A stretch of 64,000 nucleotides of DNA, taken from NCBI RefSeq assembly GCF_006345805.1, contig NC_043005.1, forward strand, positions 40,858,001-40,922,000. The letters run 5' to 3'. Numbering within the stretch: position 1 is the first letter of the stretch; the number at the start of each line of letters is the position of its first letter. The notes under the pieces are model-generated. The model was not told the DNA's origin and made no database searches. It worked only from the letters and a program-made list of their open reading frames with translations. Below, piece by piece: positions 56,166 to 64,000 of the stretch. Source of the DNA: Octopus sinensis (taxonomy: Eukaryota). The position numbers were made by a program, and so were the translations under genes.

Positions 56166-56570
56166 CACACACACACATATACACACACACGTGTGTGTGC
56201 GTGTAAGCGCGCGTCTAGACACACAATCTGTAGGTATTTATAAAATTACATATACCGCAGTCCTAGTTACGAATATATCCACATAACTGGTGTTTAGTAA
56301 TCTACACACGAGAACAGAACATTAATCCGCGTGCATTTCAAAAATGCGGAAAAAAAAGCAGACGATATAGCTTACGAAAAGATTTCCGTGTTCACATATT
56401 TTGTGTATATATATTTTCTACGTTTCTTTTACATATTTTCGCACTAGCCCAGAATTTCGCTACATTTCTTTTCTTTTGCAAAATAGCACACACATACTCG
56501 TCCAAAAATGTGGCCAAGGATAAGCGATGTGATAAAAACAATAATAAAAATAATAAATAGATCTACTCAC

Positions 56571-56605
56571 TCTCTGACGACAAAGAACGGGTCTTCGAGT
56601 GGCAT
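56571..56605 (-). CDS. STX6: First coding exon (35 nt) of a syntaxin-6 (Tlg1/STX6 family Qc-SNARE) gene
   Basis: Minus strand reads ATG CCA CTC GAA GAC CCG TTC TTT GTC GTC AGA GA|GTGAGT = MPLEDPFFVVR(D/E). This matches the syntaxin-6 N-terminus (vertebrate MSMEDPFFVVKG..., from memory). Strong phase-2 donor and A at -3 (aaaATG). I recall the vertebrate first coding exon also being 35 nt (unverified). No downstream STX6 exon found in the window. Confidence 0.8.
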
Positions 56606-56722
56606 TTTTCATGTACATTAGCCGTTTTATGTAAATAATGTAAAGTAGGTAGTCCGTCAAATAAGTACTTATTATATATGTGTGCGACACACATAGATAT
56701 ATATGATAAATATGTGAAGAAG

Positions 56723-56850
56723 TTAAATGATCAAGCATTTGGTGTCACTCAGCAACTGCCGGGACTCCATTTTAGCTGGACTGACTGCTGCCGGAAGTTC
56801 AATTACAAAAACGTCATATGATTTATGACATCACATTGGAATTTCCGGCA
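56723..56850 (-). promoter_or_regulatory. Candidate core promoter / 5' region of the STX6-like gene
   Basis: ETS-like CCGGAAGT at 56791-56798, inverted CCGGAAAT at about 56841-56848, CRE-like ACGTCA and TGACATCA at about 56811-56833, YY1-like CCATTTT at 56767-56773. All lie 160-250 nt upstream of the start codon. Confidence 0.45.
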
Positions 56851-58499
56851 TTCGAGCAGAGGATTATTTCTATTTTTAGAATTTTGCTGGGGATTTTCCC
56901 TTCCCTACGAGCACTTACCTTTTTTTCTTTTATTACCCTTTTCCTCCCTGTAATCCCTTCTTTATATTTGTAAAATAAAAGTAAGGCACATGACATAAAA
57001 TTATGGTTAAAACTGATTTTACCCATCTTTAAAAATAAAATGATTTTTTTTTTTTCCAATTGAAGATCAATGTTTTGGAATGTCTAAAAAGTTCTCAGAA
57101 AGGGAACTATAGTTTCTCATCTGACGTGAGGTATAATTGAGGGAGTGTGTATACTTCTATTTTAATTATTTCTTTACTGATTTTCTTTATTTCCCTCTTT
57201 TTTTCTAGCTGCTTACTTTTGTGGAAAATTAGGTTCTATTTCCATTGCTCTAAAATTTCGGCACAGTTCCAGCCTTTTTGGAGAGAGAGAATGAGTCAAC
57301 TGCATTAACCCCAGTATTCAACTGGTACTTATTTTATCGACACCAAAAGGATAAAAGCAACATAAAGTCAGAAAGAATGTTGCTAAACATTTGTCCTGGC
57401 ACTATAACAATACTGCTAGCTCACTGCCTGCTTCCTTTATCTCACTCACTCACTCACCTACTCTCTTTATCTTACATTCTAACCCACCCTTCTTTCTTTT
57501 TCAACTGAAGTATTCCTGTATTTACTCTGCAGCAGGACACCTACCCCTGTCCATCTATATCTCTAATCGCTCATCAACTGGCACAAAGCCACCATCCCAT
57601 CTTTACTACTTCCTCTTCCCAACTGAGGGGGATTTTGTCTTGCAAGTTACATGAAACCCTGTTGGTGCTGGTGGCGTGTGAAAAGCACTGATGCTGGTGC
57701 CACATAAAAGCACCGGTACTGGTGGCATGTAAAAAGCACTGGTGCTGGTGCTATGTAAAAAGCACTGGCAATGGTATCATGTATATAGAACCCTGTATGC
57801 TCTGCAAAATGGTTGGCATTAGGGAGGGCATCCAGCCGTAGAAGCCAAATGGACGATGGAGCCTTGTGCAAGCCCCCAACCTTACCAGCTCTTGTCAAAC
57901 TGCCCAACCCATGCCAACATGGAAAATGAACATTAAATAATGCCCTTCATAATGCTGACCACTTTACAGAGTGCACAGGGTGCTTTTACACAGCACCAGT
58001 ATGGGCGCTTTTTATGTGGTACCGGTACTTACGAGCCTGCAAGATTAGGGAAGCTCAGCTGGAGTGGGCTGCAAGGAACGTGCCTGTATGCATGGGCAAC
58101 AACACTTTTACTTAACTTGATGTGTCTCTTCAAGCACAGCAAACCATAAGGAGTTTCAGTTCTCTGTCATCCCCTCTGTGAGTCCCAACATTTGTAGATC
58201 CTTTCTCACCACTTTGTTCTACATCTTCTTGGATCTTCCCCTTCCACTTGCTACCTCTACAACTAGATATTAGCACCTCTTAATGCAACAGTCTTCATTC
58301 ATATGCATTACATGGCCATACCAGTGCAGTATTTTCTCTTACACACTACATCTGATGCTACACATAATCAGTTTTTCTCTCAAATCACTTACACTCTGTC
58401 GTATATGCACAATTACATTTTCATCTAAAAGGCAGCTACTGCACATAGTTTCATTTCTCTGTTACAGACCTTTATACTCTGATTTGTTGTTTGCATGTA

Positions 58500-58813
58500 A
58501 CTGAAGTTCTGACAGGAACAATCCACCAGTATTCTTTGACATTGAATGTATTTATGCCTGCCATATCAGCGTAATTTCTTATATTTGTTATCTCAGAATC
58601 AACGTGTCAACAGATTTCCTTGTATAAAGATTTAGCTACATGACTGTATCACATAGATAGGTAATATCATGATATCTTTTGGTGGCATGAGTGCTGGTAC
58701 CAGTGTACTGCTGTGCAACGTGACTATTTTGAAGGAGATGATGTTAGAACTTCGGTAAATAAGTTACTTTTTGTTAAACATAACTAGACCAAAATGTTTT
58801 TAATACCACCTTG
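58500..58813 (+). mobile_element. Mariner 3' remnant
   Basis: WHECWYQCTAVQRDYFEGD resembles the mariner transposase C-terminus, followed by a TIR-like end (...tttttaataccaccttg). Left boundary is uncertain. Confidence 0.55.
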
Positions 58814-59069
58814 AAAACAAACATTTTTTCACATCTGTACACAAGTATATACACTTATTACATGCTGAATTTTTTATAACTGCTATTACACTGAGTATGA
58901 GTCACTTGTTGCATCTACATGGATTACCTGCATCTCTACCCCTTTTGTGCATCAGGTTTGCTGTTATTTTCTGTTGCTTCTTGATTGCAAAACATATCCA
59001 TGAAGGTCAGAGATTAATATTTTGGAGGCTTAACCAGGATAGAGTAGTCTGGTTATCAATACTATGTAT

Positions 59070-59410
59070 CATCATCGTCATCATCATCATTGTTTAATGT
59101 CCACTTTCCATACTAGCATGGGTTGGACGGTTTGACTGTGGGCTGGCGAACCAGATGGCTGCACCAGGCTCCAGTCTTGATCTGGCAGAGTTTCTACAGC
59201 TAGATGCCCTTCCTAACGCCAACCACTTTGAGAGTGTAGTGGGTGCTTTTACGTGCCACCGGCACAGGGGCCAGTCAGGCAGTACTGGCAACAACCTCGC
59301 TCGAATTTTTATACATGCCAACGGCACAGGTGCCAGTAAGGTGATGCTGGTAACAATCCCGCTTGAATGGTGACTCCTACATGCCACCGGCACGGAAGCC
59401 AGTTAGCCAC
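59070..59410 (-). mobile_element. RTE-tail repeat, well-preserved copy
   Basis: catcatcatcattgtttaatgtccactttccatactagcatgggttggacggtttgac...gtttctacagctagatgcccttcctaacgccaaccac; homologous to the other tail copies. Confidence 0.7.
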
Positions 59411-59413
59411 TCT

Positions 59414-59712
59414 GTATGTATGTATGTATGTATGTATGTATGTATGTATGTATGTATGTATGTATGTATGTATGTATGTATGCATGCATGTATGTATGTC
59501 ATTATTCAGTTTCTTGTCAATAAGACAGAACCAGTTTCTAACCAAGATCCAAGGTTCTTTCATTGAAATTTCAACATTAACAACAGGGTATTCTTGTTTG
59601 TATCCATGTATGTATGTATGTATGTATGTATGTATGTATGTATGTATGTATGTATGTATGTGCAAATTTGTATGTTTTGTATGTATGTTTTGTATGTTTT
59701 GTTTTATGTATG
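59414..59712. repeat. (TATG)n microsatellites flanking a short repeat 3' end
   Basis: Two (TATG)n tracts at about 59414-59500 and 59607-59662 with about 105 bp of non-microsatellite sequence between them. Confidence 0.9.
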
Positions 59713-59769
59713 TATTCTCATGCATATAGTTGCATAACTAGACATGCTCATATATATTTAAATGATAAA

Positions 59770-60935
59770 CTTCAGGAAAGTTTTACAGATTTTTACAGTT
59801 CCTGTGATAGATTAGATCTGCAGACTTCAAATTAGCTTTCTCCTCTCTTGTTTTGAGAAGCCTAATTTCTCAAGATTGGTATTTAGGCAGTGTGTTACAT
59901 ATCCTAAGACCCCAATGATTACAGGTATAAACCTGAACTTGTAATCTTCATAGGATAACTGCAGATTTCTCAATAGTTCAACATAAGTGTTCTCTTTTTC
60001 ACTGATCTTCAGCTTTATGTTAACATCCACTAGGCAGCTAATTTCCACAACTGTGCACAGTTTCTCTTCTTTATCCCAAATCATTATATCAGGTTTGTTG
60101 ATGTCTTCACTGGGACATTCAACCAGTACTCCTTTTTGTCATGAGTGGCTATGGCTAATACCATACTGTTGGTTCTTAATTCTTTGTCCTTGGGGTTATC
60201 CTTCTGATAGATCTCATTACACAGTGTCCTAGCTACAACGTCATGTCTCATTGGTAGATAATATCATGATGACATTTTCAGACAACTGGTTATGATGTGG
60301 CTGATATCTTCAGTGTCAACTTCACAAAGTCTGCATTGGTTGTCACATCTCACTGCTTTTCCTGTATCTCTATCCCTTTTTTGTATCAGGTATTTAGTTG
60401 ATGTTTCCTGTTCCTGGATTGCAAGCACATACCCTTCAAAGCGGGAGGTAGTAATCCGGCTATTGATCCATGATAGACTACTTTGATGATCAATATTACT
60501 ATCATCTTGGAGCTTTCTACTTGGTCAAGGGATGCATTTCAACACTTGATGGTTAAACTATAATGCCAAAGGGATATGAGTTGACAGGCAAAAGCATTTT
60601 GGATCAATGTTAAGCCTCTGCTGCCTTGTTTTCATTGTAGGTTGAGGTGGTCTATGTCACTGTTTATGTGGAAATTATGTGTGGTTGTTAATATTTTTGG
60701 GATTTTCCCATCAGATCTCATCCAGCGTTCAATCAAGCAGCCCAAATGTTGGTATGAATACGGTCACTGCAAACACTTTGTGGGCCACTGCTTTATTGAA
60801 TGTAGAGAGTTCTGAGGTCCAAATTTTCTTTATTCAGTTGCAGTATTCTTTAGTGACAGGTGTTTTGTTACAGGTGCCAGTGTAAGGTAATCTCTTCATT
60901 CACCCCTAGATACCTGTAACATTCCTCATCAGGTA
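59770..60935 (-). mobile_element. 5'-truncated R4/Dong-like non-LTR retrotransposon with restriction-like endonuclease
   Basis: Minus strand: RT end PIPDEECYRYLG; zinc knuckle CRLCEVDTEDISHIITSC (C-x2-C-x8-H-x4-C) followed by RHD; RLE motif NKPDIMIWDKEEKLCTVVEISC...FIPVIIGVLG. Multiple stops and frameshifts. Confidence 0.85.
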
Positions 60936-61053
60936 TAGGAGCTGTATGTATGTATGTATATGACGTGTGCGTGAGTGTATGTATGTATAAACATACACAC
61001 ACACATGCATACACGCATATACATGCATGTGCACACACACACACACCCACACA

Positions 61054-61086
<33 letters not shown>

Positions 61087-61372
61087 GCAGATATGCACAC
61101 ATATATAAGTGTATATAATTCTGAGTAATGCCACTCTGCCAGCTGACTGAATTCAATAAAAGAGAATATATATAATTGAAAAAAACCTACTTAGCTTACT
61201 CTCTGAAAACATTGTAATAGTATTTTGTTATAATTAGCTTCTTATAATAAAACATTATAATAGCTAATTCAGAAGCCAGAACAAAAACCACTGCTACATT
61301 TTTGTCATTTGCATATACACATTGAGTATGTTATACAAATGGCAATTTTAACGTAATGCTGTTTCAATTGCG

Positions 61373-61936
61373 TATGAGGTCTGATTAAAAAGTATTAGGA
61401 CTGTTGCTATGATGACAAAGATAAAGTATGCTGAGTGAAGCTACATGGCACAGATTTATCTTGCACTCTGTCATACATACGCACTAAGTTATAACAATTT
61501 CACTCATTTCTGTTGTTTATGGCAGTGCTTGGAAGTAGAGTGTGTAGAGTGTGGTTGTCTCAAAATGAAGATCAGGTTTCAGCTGCACAGGATCTCCTTG
61601 ATTGTGTCAAAGAATATGAAGACATTATAAAAACAGCCATAAGAAGTGACTGTCATGGATCTATGGCTATGATTCCAAAATCAAGGCTCAGTCATCCAGT
61701 GGAAGACACTACCAAGATTTCACAATGTTGAGGAGATCCAAGAGAATGTGACAAAGCAGCTGCTTGATATCCCCCAAAAAAGGAGTTTTGGGAATGCTTC
61801 CATCAATGAAAACAATGCAGGATAACATGTGGCTTCAGAAGGAGACTACTTTGAAGGAGATTAAATGCTGAGTTAATATGTGTCGTAAGTTTTCATTTTA
61901 TAACACCTTCCAAAATTTTTGTTGACCAGACCTTGC
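61373..61936 (+). mobile_element. Non-autonomous mariner derivative
   Basis: Remnants SWIYGYDSKIKAQSS and the C-terminal GDYFEGD*. Degenerate TIRs tatgaggtctgattaaaaag / aaatttttgttgaccagaccttgca. Confidence 0.8.
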
Positions 61937-62143
61937 AGACCAAGTTTATTTCAGAATAGTAGATTTCCTGCTTTATCAGTGAATGTATTATTCACTGTTT
62001 GCTTTGTAGCAAAGGAGACAAATTCTGTGACAACCAGGTGCATGTCAATTAATAAGGCCCAAGAAGGGTGAAACATGTCAGATGTTCCTGTTAGTCATTT
62101 TGGAATGATATTTGCCTCACTCAGATATATATCATATTTTTAG

Positions 62144-62364
62144 CCCTTTTGTTACCAACCCGGCTGAAACCGGCTCTGGCTCTGTAGTACAAATGTCTTG
62201 TTTTCATAAGTTTTGAATTAAAATCTTCCACCAAAGCTTAGTCATAATTAATGTTCCTAACACTAGCTTTATGATAACTGAGTTATTTTACTAAATTCTT
62301 TGTTATATTTAAAATAATTGAGAGAAACACAGAGCATTTCAAAATAAATACAGTAATGAAAGGG
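62144..62364. mobile_element. piggyBac-type MITE, family A copy 3
   Basis: TTAG|cccttttgttacc ... agtaatgaaaggg|TTAA; internal sequence highly similar to copies 1 and 2. Confidence 0.88.
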
Positions 62365-62489
62365 TTAACATAAGTTATCTATAAAGAGATGTTCTCTTGT
62401 ACAAAAACCACATCGTCATACCTTTTAGTTGTGTATGTTATGTTATGTATGGTATACAAATGGCTATGTGTGTGTGTGTGTGCATGTGT

Positions 62490-62815
62490 GAAAGTGTGTA
62501 GCTTACTGGTAGGGTAGTTGGCTCATGATTTTAAGGTCATGAGTTCGATTCATGGTGACACATTGTGTCCTTGAGCAAGTCATTTTATTTCACATTACAC
62601 AAGTCCACTTAGCTGGAAAAATTAGTTGTACCTGTAATTATAAAGGGCCAGCCTTGTCACATTCTGTGTCACGCTGAACCACTCAGAGATGTACATTAAG
62701 AGTACTTGTGTTTGTTGAGTGTTCAGCCACTTGCATGTTATTTTCATGAGCAGGGTCTTCTGTTGATCAAATCAAGTGAAACACTCGTCATTGTAACTGA
62801 TGGAGTACCAGTTCT
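62490..62815 (+). mobile_element. tRNA-derived SINE, another family, degenerate
   Basis: gtgtagcttactggtagg...gagttcgattc (A/B box remnants), then gtgtccttgagcaag...gggccagccttgtcacattctgtgtc. Confidence 0.6.
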
Positions 62816-63184
62816 TTTTTTATGAATGTATGTATGTATGTGTGTATGTATGTATACAGACATATGTACATACATGCAAACTTATATATATCATCATCAT
62901 CATCGTCGTTTAACGTCCGCTTTCCATGCTAGCATGGGTTGGTATGTGTATGTGTGTGTGTGTGTATATATCATCATCATCGTCACTTTATGTCTCCTTT
63001 TCAAACTAGCATTGGTTGGATGGATGATCACAATCCAGGTTATTTCTTGCTGGGAGCTGCTGCTCTCATAGTCTGCTTCATAACACAGAATGTGACAAGG
63101 CTGGCCCTTTGAGTTACAGGTGCAACATTCATACATACATAAACTCAGTCTACACAGCTGAAACAACATTAAATTAAAGTTGTC

Positions 63185-63262
63185 ATAATCATTGTCATCG
63201 TCATCACCACCACCACCATCACCACCACCACCACTACAACCATCACCATCATCACCATCATT

Positions 63263-63317
<55 letters not shown>

Positions 63318-63395
63318 CCATCATTGTCATTGTCATCGTTGTTGTCGTCATTGTCATCGTTATTAATGTTTGTGGTCGTTGTCATTGTCATCATG
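63185..63395. repeat. (CAT/CAC)n trinucleotide tract
   Basis: Direct inspection; explains the poly-D, poly-S and poly-M ORFs. Confidence 0.95.
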
Positions 63396-63629
63396 TTCAC
63401 TTTCCATGTTGGCTTGGATGATTCAAAAGGATCCAGCAAGCTGCAAAAACCTCATTGTGTTCCATTGTCAGCTTTGACATGGTTTCTATGGCTCGATGCT
63501 CTCTCTAATGACAACCACTTTACAGACTGTACGGAGTGCTTTTCACGTGCTACTGGCACTGGTGAAGTTGCCATGTAAACTTTCAAGTCAGATAAAGGAC
63601 AAGGAAAACGAAATATCTCAAAGAGGAGT

Positions 63630-64000
63630 ATTTATACATGTAATGTGTATGGATGAGGACAGTTGTGTAAAGAAGTGCTGATCTTTAACTGTGGAGGTGA
63701 CCTGTAGTAGAAGTAGACTCAGGAAGACATGGGATGAGGTGGTGACCTTCGAACTTTGAACCTCACTGAGACCTTTGGCAATGTGCTCTACTTAAGAAAA
63801 TCCGTCAAGCCAAGTGTGCCTGTGCTGGTAGGGCATAAATAAAAAATCAACCTTTTAACGTCGGGCCTCATGGAGGCAAAGTGGCTGAGTATCTTTCAAG
63901 CATTTGGCCTGACGAGGGCAAAGTGACTGAGTTCCTTTTCAGCACTGGGCCTCATGGAAGCAAAGTGGCTGAGTTCCTTTCAAGTAGGCCTCATGAAGGT
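63630..64000 (+). mobile_element. RTE LINE C-terminal fragment followed by a 41-42 bp tandem repeat
   Basis: MDEDSCVKKC..RLRKTWDEVV motif, then units gggcctcatggaggcaaagtggctgagttcctttcaagca starting near 63863, 63905, 63947 and 63986. Confidence 0.65.

Larger units (their letters stand above)
53600..56900. promoter_or_regulatory. CpG-rich, probably unmethylated promoter-proximal region
   Basis: CG dinucleotides are visibly frequent here (e.g. gcgcgcacgcgcg, gcgacgccgg, cgagatcgagatcg) and rare in most of the window. Judged by eye, not counted. Confidence 0.6.

Noticed and set aside
58666-59007. Apparent plus-strand two-exon start MISFGGMSAGTSVLLCNVTILKEMMLELR|FAVIFCCFLIAKHIHE
   Set aside because: The first segment read in another frame is the mariner C-terminus (QCTAVQRDYFEGD) and is followed by a TIR-like end, so it is a transposon remnant.
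62900-63578. Long poly-D, poly-S and poly-M ORFs
   Set aside because: Translations of a (CAT)n microsatellite.

Overview
AT-rich, repeat-dense animal genomic DNA. The repeat repertoire (tRNA-derived SINEs with microsatellite cores, RTE and R4/Dong-type LINE remnants, many mariner/Tc1, hAT and TTAA-targeting MITEs, abundant TA/CA/TATG/ATT/CAT microsatellites) suggests a coleoid cephalopod such as an octopus; this is inference. The only host coding sequence I can identify is the first coding exon of a syntaxin-6-like gene on the minus strand (56571-56605, MPLEDPFFVVR[D/E], then GTGAGT), at the edge of a CpG-rich region (about 53.6-56.9 kb). I found no further syntaxin-6 exon, so 1-56570 appears to be one first intron of more than 56 kb. 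Almost every ORF in the supplied track is spurious or transposon-derived. I see no prokaryote-type system, CRISPR array or complete novel gene cluster. The best leads are inside the intron: a frame-preserving 9-nt microexon candidate, a poison-exon candidate, a pre-miRNA-like hairpin, upstream AUGs at the syntaxin start, two roughly 220-bp piggyBac-type MITE families, and nested insertions that give relative transposon ages. All splice calls were made by eye and need transcript data.
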